DNA of 63,250 nt, the filler included, from Octopus bimaculoides (lineage: Eukaryota), in assembly GCF_001194135.2 (NCBI RefSeq). It is 4 parts of 4 records of this genome, joined end to end, with 100 filler letters (N's around TTAATTAATTAA, not from the genome) between each part and the next. Parts side by side here need not be neighbours in the genome. Positions count along the whole stretch, not along the records: positions 47,777 to 63,250 come from NC_068982.1; 3 more parts are not named here. The stretch is one strand, 5' to 3'. The position numbers were made by a program, and so were the translations under genes. A model generated the notes under the pieces. That model was not told where the DNA came from and made no database searches. It saw nothing but the letters and a program-made list of their open reading frames with translations. This document shows positions 52,203 through 63,250 of this stretch, one piece after another (position 1 is the first letter of the stretch; each line of letters opens with the position of its first letter).

Positions 52203-52402
52203 CCTTTCTACTCATATTTGTAGGGAAGGGACTTGTCGATTACATCCACCCCAGTGTTTCACTGGTGCTTAAATTAATCGACTCCGAAAGGATGAAAGGC
52301 TAAGTCAGCCTCGGTGGAATTTGAATTCAGAGCGTAAAGAAAGACGAAATGCCGCTAAGCATTTTTCCCGGCGTGCTAACGCTTCTGCCAGCTCGCTACC
52401 TT
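52203..52402 (-). mobile_element. SINE family D
   Basis: Antisense of the family D consensus. Confidence 0.85.
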
Positions 52403-52564
52403 ATTGGCAAATAATAATAATACAAACAGTTCGAATTGTGAAATAAGTTCTATGCAGGGAGAAAAGGGAAGTAAGTCTGAACTTTCGAAATTAAATGTTT
52501 AGTATTGCAGGTTAATTGATTGAGAATATTGGATGTACGAGCATTTATCTCGATTATGAGTTAC

Positions 52565-52594
52565 CTCAGAGTTCTCCATTTCTCTCATCTCCTT
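52565..52594 (-). CDS. Candidate 30-nt in-frame exon (KEMREMENSE)
   Basis: AG acceptor (the pyrimidine tract is somewhat distant) and donor GAG|GTAACT. Phase 0 to 0, open. Confidence 0.45.
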
Positions 52595-52939
52595 CTAATG
52601 ATGAATCCTTTTTTTGGAAAGAGTGCCAATAATTGAAAAAGTGGGAGAAATTACCAATATATTACAGATGAATTCGTCGTAAAGAATGAAAATTTTAGCA
52701 TTTCAGCTTTTTATTCTTCTATACAAAATAGAGAAAATTCGTGATGTTATTAGCCTGTCTGTTATGTACACAGACCCTCGCAATTTTGGGGGGGATTCTG
52801 AACGTCATCATACATCACTGGTCCTTATGTCTGTTAATAACAGAATAAATGAAGCACAAAGCTGAAACTGGTGGCATGTTTTCAGACGATATGAAGACAA
52901 TACTATATTACAAGACATTTAAAACGATAAATGTCGCCC

Positions 52940-53232
52940 TTTCAAAGCCTTGCCAGGCTCATGGGCCCGGTTTCCCGGTTTCTATGGCGTGTGTGTTCCC
53001 CCCAGCTGGATGGGACGCCAGTCCATCGCAGCGTTACTCAAGAAACAGGAAGAAAGAGTGAAAGTTGGGGCGAAAGAGTACAACAGGGGTCGCCACCACC
53101 CCCTGCCGGAGCCTCGTGGAGCTTTGGTGTTTTCACTCAATAAACACTCACAACGCCCGGTCTGGGAATCGAAACCGCGATCCTCCGACCGCGAGTCCGC
53201 TGCTCTAACCACTAGGCCATTGCGCCTCCGCA
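52940..53232 (-). mobile_element. Chimeric SINE: family B head/body joined to family C 3' part
   Basis: 53040-53232 matches family B (57004) and 52940-53039 matches 61432-61525. Confidence 0.85.
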
Positions 53233-53544
53233 CAAGACATTTAGTCCGGCACATTTCTACAAATTAAACTACATTTACCATTCTTTGGGATCGCCAAGGA
53301 ACCAGGCTTAATACACAATAAGGCATTTTGAATCACACACTATTACATCAACTTAAACTATATCCGCCTTTCTCTGTGTAAAGAAAGATACTACCGACAT
53401 ACAGGTACCACCACTTAAACTGCAGTCACCGATCTATATACACAAGGCAGGCTTTTTATATAATGGAATTGATATTGATACGAGATATTGCATAAAGTTA
53501 GATAAGAATGATGGAATTTCAAGAACAGCTAGAGACCATTGTGA

Positions 53545-53567
53545 GACTGCTACTGCTACTGCTGCTG

Positions 53568-53623
<56 letters not shown>

Positions 53624-53663
53624 GTTGCTGCTACTGCTGCAGACAATGCTGCTGTTACGGCTT

Positions 53664-53715
<52 letters not shown>

Positions 53716-53716
53716 C
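53545..53716. repeat. (TAC)/(TGC) microsatellite
   Basis: Seen directly in the sequence. Confidence 0.95.
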
Positions 53717-53788
53717 AACCTTCTGTTCCCCAAAGAGATTATGACACGGAAGCCTAAAGTGGTGGAATATGAATTTAGGATTACTTAC

Positions 53789-53841
53789 TATTTGGATTTC
53801 GTCTTTCAATAAGCAGAGAGCATCGTGGGCATTTCTTGAAG
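53789..53841 (-). CDS. 7TM-like gene exon (53 nt)
   Basis: TACTAAC branch consensus at 53883-89, acceptor TTCCTCCCTTACGCAG, donor GTAAGT. Phase 1 to 0: (A)SRNAHDALCLLKDEIQI. Confidence 0.75.
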
Positions 53842-53938
53842 CTGCGTAAGGGAGGAATTGAATATATTGACCAATAATTTCAGTTAGTATATTGTCAGTA
53901 TACAATGACATTGTGCAGTGTGCATAGTGTAGTGTAGC

Positions 53939-53969
<31 letters not shown>

Positions 53970-54136
53970 TTGCTGTTGCTGCTACTGCTGCTAAAATATT
54001 CTAGCCATGGCAGTACCATTTCTTTTTTTCTTTCTTCAGAAATAGCACGATGCAGTATGTCCAATATAGAAGACGAAAATATCTATGGTATCAAGCAACC
54101 ACGTAGAAGCTCTCTAATTATTCATTGGATACTTAC

Positions 54137-54151
54137 CTTTAGTATGGATTA
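54137..54151 (-). CDS. 15-nt microexon (V)IHTK
   Basis: GATCTTTCAG|TAATCCATACTAAAG|GTAAGT. It is open only in phase 1, which is the phase required by both neighbours. Confidence 0.6.
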
Positions 54152-54206
54152 CTGAAAGATCGTGTAGTACGACAAAGAATTGTGCTATTATCATTGTTGT
54201 TATGAA

Positions 54207-54420
54207 GGCGGCGAGCTGGCAGACTCGTTAGCAATCCGGGGTAAGTGCTTAGCGGTATTTCGCCCGTCGCTACGTTCTGAGTTCAAATTTCGCCGAGGTC
54301 GACTTTGCCTTTCATCCTTTCGGAGTCGATAAATTAAGTACCAGTTGCATACTGGGTTGATCTAATCGACTGGCTTGCTCCCCACAAATTTCAGGCCTTG
54401 TGCCTATAGTAGAAAGGATT
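54207..54420 (+). mobile_element. SINE family D, full length
   Basis: GGCGGCGAGCTGGCAGACTCGTTAGC...GAGTTCAAAT (B-box-like)...CTTTGCCTTTCATCCTTTCGG...AGAAAGGATT. Confidence 0.88.
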
Positions 54421-54949
54421 ATTGCTGCTGTTATGTCTCTGGTTAGCTATCCTCGGGCAAGATCTATGACACCAAGATAATACTCAGATTCATCGTACAA
54501 TCCTCAGATCCGTTGCTATTGATATACCATATTTCAGTCTTATAGAGGTCCGTAGTGCAAATTTCGACATACATTTACTCTGCGTGTGTATCTACGTGTG
54601 ATATAAATGCACTGAAGTAGATGGTTGTGCATCTTTTTAGTACACGAGTAGCAATGATTACGCTTTAAGTATGTATGTGTATACCATATGTAGATATGTG
54701 ATTGTGAGCACATGCTAATACCAAGAAATTTAAATAGGATGCCTTTGGAAGGATTTACAAATTTTCAAGTATCACTAATCGATTGGATTTAAAGGATCGA
54801 AGTCAGTTTGCTTTCTTCTTTTTTGGAGAATCATAACATTTCCTGGCTGTTATGCCAATATATCGTTATATAGCTCAGTGCACCTTGATAATAGGTTCAA
54901 ATGACAATCTGTAGCGTGGCTGCAAGAGCTGTAAGCACATTCTAATCAA

Positions 54950-56950
54950 TTCTAAGATAGTTATAGCATTCCTCTTTGGAAATACGAACAAGCGTAAACA
55001 AGTAGGACAAAACTCCATTCATGTGTCCTGTAAAAAATATTATGATCAACCCTGTATCTTGTCAGGGCTATGAATTGTATCTAAATAAAGGTTATGGTCA
55101 TTGACAAAAACAGTGTGCGTGTCTAATTTTCCCCTATTCTGCAGATCTTAACGTAGCCTTGGCATGTCCTCAACAATATTGACAAGTACACTGGCATGAC
55201 GAACATAAGTACAAAACCTCTCTTAGAATATTTCTGTAGTTAGTTGTTTCGGTTCTTAGTGCTAGCTGTGGATCATGTAGTAGTAAGTCGTTAACGGCAT
55301 TAACTGTAGGAGAAGAAACCTTGGCGTGGCGTAATTACTCTAGTATCAATAAGTGAGAGATAAATTCTAATACCTTCCTTCAGTTTACTAGTACTGTCTG
55401 TAGATTACGATACCATGTTTCAATTCCTTGAGAACAATTTTGTTGATGAGAAGCTGTTCGACACAGACCCAAATTCTTTTTTCTTTCGTTTGTTATTTTT
55501 TTTATGATCTTGGAGAAACATATTCAGACAACCCGTATAAGTTTCTTTACAACATTTCAGTATGATGTGGGCTTGTAGCATTTTGCTATATTTGTTCTCT
55601 TGGTTCAGAGGCACGTGTTATCCGTTGAACTGTCAATCCATCTGACACGTCGAGACGTGACATCCATTGTTGTTTTGTTTTAAACAGATTGGCGAGAGTT
55701 TCCCTGTATAATCGATTATCAGATCACTTCCAGATGACTTACCATTTGATAGATTTGCAATAACTGTCCGGAGAGTTTCACGTATATTTTAAGAGGGACG
55801 TTTGCATAATACTCACTCCATGCATCATTTAATTTCACTGTATCGCAGTTGTGCAGTTTATTTATATCCTAGTTTCATCCCTCCAAAATAACTTCAGATC
55901 GTTCTGAGAAGCATTTACAACCTTGATGGAATTACCTCTTTATATGGCGATACACAGTTGGCAGGTTTCATGCAAAACTTACAATTGATACCCTTATCGT
56001 TTTGTAATCTCTTACGATAACTAAACTTTTGACATACTACTCATAGTCCTTATTTAAGGGCAATTAGTTGGCTTGTGACAGTCTTTTGTCGACAGGTTCT
56101 ATTTATTTTGGATATTATCTACCATAAATTAGCAGCTTGTGCTTCCTGAATTCATTATTCCCTTTACATCTTACGGTAGTATCGAACTGTTCATTTTCCC
56201 CTACTCTATTGAAGTGGTAATCTAGTTTGGTTCTGTGTTATCATTACGATCTCTTACTCCCACGTCCTGATAAATGTTAAATGCAACACAGAACACTAGA
56301 AAATTCAATGCCCGAAAGCTGGAAGCTTCAATTTTGTGCTAGGTATATCATAGATATCATAGATAACATCAAGTCAGTAGGTTTACTATCGGTTCATTTC
56401 ATAATCGTTCAATCATTTGCTGTTTTTTTTGTTTTTTTTTTCGGGGGTGATGTAAACAGTGAACTTCGCCTCAAGTCTTGCAACGAGATGTGCTTTGAAT
56501 TGTTGTACCTTACTCATTTCTGTTTGTTCGTAAACGTGTGATGATATCAGACTTGCTTCTTAAGTTATAGTTATCATTTTTGCTTTGGTTCACGTTTTGG
56601 AGGCAGAATCTATTATCCTGCTGATATTATTTGCTGTACATTTCTGATAGATATTTTCCAATGTAAAGCAGTAAAGATTTTTTAGACATACGTTGTTTTC
56701 TGGCGTAACTGCTTTTCCTTGACATGTAAGTATTGGGGAATATGTTCTGCCCCAGTAGATCTTCATCATCTTCTTCAGTCGAGGGAGATCCCCCAGGATT
56801 TTTGCAAAATTTTTATTCAATCTCATATCTACTGGGGTTTCTCATGATAATTCCGCTACTTGCAATAACTGAACCCGGTCTTGCAATGGTTTATATAGTG
56901 ATTCGGAAATATAAATATTATTTATCAGTTCCATTTTGTTGCTTCATCTT
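54950..56950 (-). mobile_element. Old, highly decayed REL-type LINE (RT region)
   Basis: Minus remnants: KSSGSDLI, WVCVEQLLINKIVLKEL (about 55420-55475), VLMFVMP..SILLRTCQGY and THTVFVND..LY. Boundaries are approximate. Confidence 0.6.
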
Positions 56951-57003
56951 CTCCAAAAGACGATACTCTATGTGTATGTATGTATGTATGTATGTATGTA
57001 TTA

Positions 57004-57388
57004 TGTGTGGAGGTACAATGGCCCAGTGGTTAGGGCAGCGGACTCGCGGTCATAGGATTGCGGTTTCGATTCCCAGACCGGGCGTTGTGAGTGTTTATTG
57101 AGCGAAAGCACCTAAAGCTCCACGAGGCTCCGGCAGGGGGTGGTGGTGAACCCTGCTGTACTCTATCACCACAACTTTCTCTCACTCTTTCTTCCTGTTT
57201 CTGTTGTGCCTGTAATTCAAAGGGTCGGTCTTGTCACACTGTGTCACGCTGAATATCCCCGAGAACTACATTAAGAGTACACGTGTGTGTGGAGTGCTCA
57301 GCCACTTGCACGTACATTTCATGAGCAGGCTGTTCCGTTGATCGGATCAACTGGAACCCTCGACGTCGCAAACGACGGAGTGCCAACA
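57004..57388 (+). mobile_element. SINE family B, full length
   Basis: tRNA-like head GGCCCAGTGGTTAGGGCAGCGGACTCGCGG...GGTTTCGATTCCC, followed by the body. Confidence 0.92.
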
Positions 57389-57559
57389 AAGTATGTATGT
57401 ATGTGTGTGTGCATGTATGTATGCATGTATGTATGTATGCATGTACATATGAAAGTATGTATATTCTCTTCCATTTTCAATTATTTGAATTGTTCCTGTA
57501 AAGAAGGAGCTAGTTTCTAACAAAAATACAAAGCTCCATCGTTGGAAAGCAGATAACAA

Positions 57560-57900
57560 AAACAAATGCCCATTTTAAACTTTGGAAAAGTCTCGCATAT
57601 TTTTACTGTTTTACTTACAGATTTCTCGATTTCTTTTTCTAAAATCCCTAGCTTTTTCCATATTGTCACTTAGGTATTTACTCACAAAAACCAAGTGCAC
57701 CAATTATTATTGGCATAAAAGAGAATTCATAATGTGGATATAAAAATAGGAGGTTTCGAAGCAACCTGTCCGTAGTTCTCCTCTTTCTCTGTGATTTTCG
57801 ATTGTCCCAAACACAAATATATGCCTCGATATAATTACACTTCATAGAAATTTTGATGGGAAAGTTCCACCAAAATTCCTTGTTAATATTTACGTATGTA
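57560..57900 (-). mobile_element. REL LINE 3' end fragment
   Basis: KEENYG.LLRNLLFLYPHYEFSFMPIIIGALG...MEKLGILEKEIEK. Confidence 0.7.
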
Positions 57901-58994
57901 TTGAATAAGAATGGGGTTCTCTATATCTATTACGGGGTTTCATTTACTCTTTTTTCGGATGGCATTATTTATTTTTTTTTTTTTGTTTTGTGACAACGCC
58001 GTGCCGCATAGAAACATTACCTTGACATTTTGGGGCAGCTGCTAATCATGTGTGATGTCTTCCACAGAAATGTATGTATGAGAGAGCAGTGCATGCCATC
58101 AAAGTGACACTGGGGTAAAATATACGAAGCCCGATATACCCATCATGGCTACTCGTCTGATAAGGGTACACCAGGCACATGCATCACAACCATATGTGCG
58201 CGACATGGTGATCTCATATCAAGATAAACAGCGCATGACCTGTATGTATGTATGTATGTATGTATGGAAGCATTTCTTGGAGTACTTAGATCTAACTTAT
58301 GATATGTTTCGACCAAAGATTGACCCCGGTCATGTCTGCATATTTGGTTCAATACAACAGCGAGCAGTCAGTCCGTTAACATGTTGAGTCGGTTAGTTAT
58401 TTTAGCGACATCAGATAAGATATGTAATAGTTTTCATTAGAGGTGATCTTTCAACTACACCGTGTGACGGAATGGGGTGACTGACTTTATTTAAGTGACT
58501 TCACACCGCAGCGTAATAATAACAGTGTAGACGAAATTGATATTTATAAAGAACGTTAACAATGTTTGCCCTTGTATTCTTTGGCTTCAGTCATTAGAAT
58601 ATGGTGGATCATATCGACTCAAGTACTTTATGACAGTCTGGTATTATATCATATACATACATTATATATATTATTGATTTGTATTTATCGAATGGTTAGG
58701 CTACGGTTACATTTTTTACATAAAGGACTCGACGTAATTAGTTTACACTGGCAAATATTACAATCACATAGGCGCATTTATACACACACACACACACACA
58801 CACACACAACTAGTTTTCGCAGAGTCTATTTTCATGACATGCGTTAACCGAAATCGGAATCAAGTGATCGCACAACGAACTTTTTAACCATACTGCTATG
58901 TCATTGCTTATCTACTTATTGATTTAGAATGTGATTTGATATTGATTTCTTAAATAGATATAGTCTTAAATAAATAGTGATATGAATGACAGAA

Positions 58995-59185
58995 ATATTG
59001 GGTTTAAATTTAGGCACAAGTCCAACAATTTCAGGGGAGAGGATAAGTCGATTACATTGACCCTAGCGATCAACTTGTACTTATTTTATCAACCCCGGAA
59101 TTTGAACTCAGAACGTAATGACGGACGAAATGCCGTTAGCCATTTTACCCGGCGTGCTAACGATTCGGCTAGCTCGCCGCCCTAG
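58995..59185 (-). mobile_element. SINE family D with internal deletion
   Basis: Antisense family D lacking the GAAAGG...GTCGACCTC segment. Confidence 0.75.
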
Positions 59186-59490
59186 GAATGACAGAAATAT
59201 TAAAATCTTTTCTAGTAGATGGAGGAGGGTGTAAGTACTACGAATGGGGCAATTGGGCGCAGCTGCTTGGACACTAACCATTAGCACGGCTGGCATGACA
59301 TTCAGCCCTTTTGCCGACAGTTGTTTTTAACGCTAGGGGCAAACACATTCACAGGTGCACACCAAAATATATACATCCAGAGAGAATGAATTGAGAGAGA
59401 CAGACAGACAGAGGCAGAGATTACAATTTGTTAATTGAACACTAGTGATATAAACACACACACACTTTCTCTCTTTTACTCTCTCTCTCC

Positions 59491-59523
<33 letters not shown>

Positions 59524-59941
59524 CTCATACACATAGAGAAATATGCTCAAATGCATAAACATAGAGAAAGAGAGAGGAGAGAGCGGGAGGAGTAATGGAG
59601 AAAGAGGACGAAGTAAACATTAAAATACTTGATGTCACATAAATCAGCGTCGAATCAACGACGCCAAATTCACGGCGCCATAACAGCTATGCCAAAACAT
59701 CTCATAACCTTAACTAATACATTTCAAACGTATCCACCTTTGTCATCAGGTGGTGGTGTATTTTATATCTAATAATAATTTAATTGAACTAGGGTTGAAC
59801 TAAGCTCTCATCCACGAGGCATTTGATGACGATTTGGCTATCAAGCAGTCACTGATTAGAACGAATGTCCTTTCTGTGTTGATATTTCTTATTAAAAAAA
59901 AAATTTTGTGTGAATTATGTATGTATGAGCAGCTACCATCG

Positions 59942-59996
<55 letters not shown>

Positions 59997-60617
59997 GTGT
60001 GTGTGTTTGGGCGTGGTAGGGTGTGTACAAGTAAGCAGTTATCCCTTCAGATAAATTTGCATACGTTTAGTTCTATTCCCAACTTCACCCCCTGATAGCC
60101 AGATGCAACTCGTATAAACACCCACACACTAGCACATACCGCGCACGTACTGACACAGACATGTATATGCGCGTTTTGTGGGGTGCGGGAGACAGGGAAA
60201 GAAAGAAAGAAAGAAAGAAAGAATGGGAGGGGGAGGGACGGACGGAACTAAGGAAGGAAGGAAAGAAAAAAAGATAGAAAGGAAGAAAAAGAAGGAAAGA
60301 AAGAAAAAGATAGAAAGAAACAAAGAAAGAAAAAAGAGAAACAAAGAAACAAAGAAGCAAAGACAGAAAGGAAAAGATGTTCATAAATTCATATAAACCT
60401 CACACACACNNNNNNNNNNNNNNNNNNNNNNNNNNNNNNNNNNNNNNNNNNNNNNNNNNNNNNNNNNNNNNNNNNNNNNNNNNNNNNNNNNNNTATATAT
60501 ATATATTGTACATGCATGTATGTCTGTTTATGTGTGTGTGGTGTGGTGTGTGTATGTGTATGTGTGCGTGTATGTGTATGTGTGCATGTGTGTGTAACTA
60601 ACCGAATACCTGCTTAC

Positions 60618-60696
60618 CTGTCCAACCAGGCATGGTAATAAATGCATATATGATCAAAAAGATTTCACCGATGTAATTCATGATATTTGGAAACAC
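60618..60696 (-). CDS. 7TM-like gene exon (79 nt, TM5-like)
   Basis: Acceptor GTGACAATTTCCAG and donor G|GTAAGC. Only frame 0 is open: VFPNIMNYIGEIFLIIYAFITMPGWT. Phase 0 to 1. Confidence 0.75.
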
Positions 60697-61382
60697 CTGG
60701 AAATTGTCACAGCGCATAAAAGTGACTCTTTAGAATTGGGTTTTGCATGAAGATATGTCAAATATTTTTATTCTTATGACTCGTTATTTCTTTCTACCCG
60801 TTTACCCCAGGTACTGAATTTACCTTGCAATCAGCTGTCTTTATGATCTTTCTTTAAATTGTTTCAGGCATTGGACTACGGCCACGCTGGAGTAACGCCT
60901 TGAAACGTTTTTTAGGTCTGGCACTTATTCTATCCGTATCTATTTGTCGAACCGCTAAGTGACGGGTACGTAAACAGAGCAACAGCGGTTTTTAAGAGGT
61001 GGAGAGAACAAACACAGAGACAAAGACGCACACACGCACTTACATACACACACACACACACATAAACACGCACACACAACAATACACACACAAACATAAA
61101 CGCGCGCACACACACACACACACAGACGCACATACACGTGTGTTATATGTTTTTAGTTAAAATCCTAAGTAAATTCAGGCAGTATTTTAGCAGTATTCTG
61201 AATGATGTAAATGGGTAAATGGGTATATAGAACGAGAAATTACGATGGACATAAATGCGTTTGAGATTGGGTGCATGAGAAAGTGAGAGAAGAAAGAGAG
61301 CGGGATTGTAGAAAGGAATAAAAAATAAAATAATGGTAAAAAGGGGTAAAAATAATAAAATAAAAATAAAAAATTTAAATAC

Positions 61383-61419
<37 letters not shown>

Positions 61420-61431
61420 TAATGCACCCTT

Positions 61432-61670
61432 TTAAAGCCTAGTCAGGCTCATGGGCCCGGTTTCCCGGTTTCAATGGCGTATGTGTTCCCCAGCTGGACG
61501 GGACGCCAGTCCATCGCAGCGTTACTCATTTTTGCCAGCTGAGTGGACTGGAGCAACGTGAAATGAAGTGTCTTGCTCAAGAACACAACGCGTCGCCCGG
61601 TCCAGGAATCGAAACCACAATCTTACGACCATGATGCTGACACCCTAACCACTAAGCCACGCGCCTCCAC
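61432..61670 (-). mobile_element. tRNA-head SINE family C (V/CORE-like central domain)
   Basis: Antisense head GTGGAGGCGCGTGGCTTAGTGGTTAGGG...GGTTTCGATTCC and central TTGAGCAAGACACTTCATTTCAC. Confidence 0.85.
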
Positions 61671-61690
61671 ACAACAACAACAACAACAAC

Positions 61691-61745
<55 letters not shown>

Positions 61746-61810
61746 GAAAAGAAAAAGTAATGATAGCTATATTATAAATGGGTTTTGTGAGTGAGTGTGT
61801 ATGAGAGAGA

Positions 61811-61870
61811 GGAGGAAGAGAGAGAGGAGGAAGAGAGAGAGGAGGAAGAGAGAGAGGAGGAAGAGAGAGA
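61811..61870. repeat. (GGAGGAAGAGAGAGA)x4 purine minisatellite
   Basis: Four exact 15-bp units. Confidence 0.9.
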
Positions 61871-62089
61871 GGAGAAAGGGAATAAAAAGAAAATGAGATA
61901 GAGGTAACAGGGTAAAAAATAAAATAGATAAATAAAAGTAAGGGTAATGATATAGATATGTCAGTATTGTATGGGAGTTAGAGGTTAAACGTTAAAGTTT
62001 CAGTAGAGTTGGGATGGAAGGCCAATCTAGGTACGATTATAAGGACAATGGTTTAGAGCAGACCTAGGATTTTAACTAAAACCCTGTAC

Positions 62090-62133
62090 CTTCGTGGATG
62101 TACCAGGGAAGCACTGACCAACATCCATATCTT
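62090..62133 (-). CDS. 7TM-like gene exon (44 nt, ECL2-like)
   Basis: Acceptor CGTCTTTTTCCAG and donor AAG|GTACAG. Phase 1 to 0: xDMDVGQCFPGTSTK, joining the 60696 exon in frame. Confidence 0.65.
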
Positions 62134-62298
62134 CTGGAAAAAGACGAGCCGTGAACATTATTCTTCTGCCTATGTTCTTCTAACTACTTTTACTCTTTAT
62201 TTTTCTATTTTACTCCTTTATTTTTCTATTTTATTTCTTATAAACTATGAATTTTCTTCCTTGTAAACTGCAAATTTTCACCGTCTAAAATATTCATA

Positions 62299-62695
62299 GG
62301 CTGTGTGGTAAGTAGCTTGCTTACCAATCACATGGTTCCGGATTCAGTCCCATTGCGTGGCACCTTGGGCAAGTGTCTTCTACTATAGCCTCGGGCCGAC
62401 CAAAACCTTGTGAGTGGATTTGGTAGACGGAAACTGAAAGAAGCCCGTCGTATATATGTATATATATATATATATGTATGTGTGTTTGTGTGTCTGTGTT
62501 TATCTCCCACCAACGCTTGACAACCGATGTTGGTGTGTTTATTTCCTCGTAACTTAACGGTTCGGCAAAAGAGACCGATAGAATAAGTACTAGGCTTACA
62601 AAAGAATAAGTCCTGGGGCCGATTTTCTCGACTAAAGGCGGTGCTCCAGCATGGCCGCAGTCAAATGACTGAAACAAGTAAAAGAGTAAAGAGTA
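62299..62695 (+). mobile_element. SINE family A
   Basis: Closely matches 35459-35851. Confidence 0.92.
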
Positions 62696-62957
62696 TACCA
62701 TGTCTCTGCTGACGGTATACCCAGTGCACGAACATGCTAACCAACCACTTGGGTTATCTCAGAAACGGCTGTAGTCACCTTAACCCAAATAAATTCACCC
62801 TACCCTAACTAAATTATTCTAAATGACTTGAGGTACTCAAGCCTTAGCTGTGATCTTGGAACCTAACGGTCGACCAACTATAGCACTTACCCAGCGTACC
62901 TATTCGTTCAGATCACAAGTGAACTAAACCCCTCATATTTTTCTATATATATATATA

Positions 62958-63190
62958 TTCTTTTATTCTTTTATTTGTTTCAGTCATTTGACTGCAACCA
63001 TACTGGAGCACAACCATGATGGGTTTTTAGTCGAACAAATTGATCCCAGGACATATTCTTTGTAAGCCTAATACTTATTGTATCCTTTTTTTGCCGAACC
63101 GCTAAGTTACGGGGACGTAAACACACCAACGTCGATTGTCAGGCGGTGATGGGGGAACAAACATAGACACAAAGACACATATAGATATAT
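62958..63190 (-). mobile_element. SINE family A, 3' half
   Basis: TTTCAGTCATTTGACTGC...GCCGAACCGCTAAGTTACGGGGACGTAAACACACC. Confidence 0.85.
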
Positions 63191-63216
63191 ACATACATAC
63201 ATACATACAAGCATAC

Positions 63217-63250
<34 letters not shown>

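Larger units (their letters stand above)
46682..62133 (-). other. 3' portion of a multi-exon gene or pseudogene for a divergent class B/adhesion-like 7TM receptor; 5' exons presumably lie beyond the window
   Basis: Eight to nine GT-AG exons have compatible phases. The peptide has ECL2 GQCF, TM5-like YIGEIFLII, a charged loop, TM6-like FVYWG and TM7-like FAVL...FTSLQG. The family is inferred from motifs only. Confidence 0.55.

Noticed and set aside
53789-53841. Alternative frame FKKCPRCSLLIERRNPN resembling an IBR/RBR zinc finger
   Set aside because: This frame hits TAA in the 15-nt exon and stops in the 30- and 91-nt exons. It would need a weak donor in the 60696 exon, and no further Cys/His ligands were found. 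It is not fully excluded without cDNA.
60618-60696. ITMPGWT similarity to the Ca-channel pore motif ITMEGWT, and a loose match to Cys-loop receptor TM3
   Set aside because: The selectivity Glu is absent and no S6 or TM4 follows. The downstream FTSLQG and upstream GQCF fit a 7TM better.

Overview
This is AT-rich, microsatellite-dense eukaryotic DNA with many N gaps. The repeat content (tRNA-head SINEs, Dong/R4-like and HERO-like REL LINEs, Penelope elements, Tc1/mariner debris) looks like an octopod genome; this is an inference and no search was run. Almost all listed ORFs are microsatellite or gap artefacts, or fragments of decayed transposable elements. No intact TE ORF is present. The main non-repeat signal is a chain of small minus-strand exons (62133 down to about 46700) with canonical GT-AG sites and mutually compatible phases. 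They splice into a peptide resembling ECL2-TM5-ICL3-TM6-TM7 of a class B/adhesion-type 7TM receptor, ending in FT-SLQG. The chain includes 15-, 30- and 11-nt microexons, an in-frame TGA that an alternative acceptor can bypass, and a 1-nt frame ambiguity at the last junction. Other notable items are four minimal type-I hammerhead ribozyme motifs in Penelope-derived repeats (one in sense orientation in an intron of that gene), inverted SINE pairs bracketing the microexons, Dong-like LINEs sitting in (TAA)n arrays, an internally deleted mariner that keeps its DNA-binding domain, a 474-bp foldback element and a 127-bp MITE. Three 100-bp scaffold joins carry an artificial TTAATTAATTAA linker. All family assignments come from motif recognition by eye.
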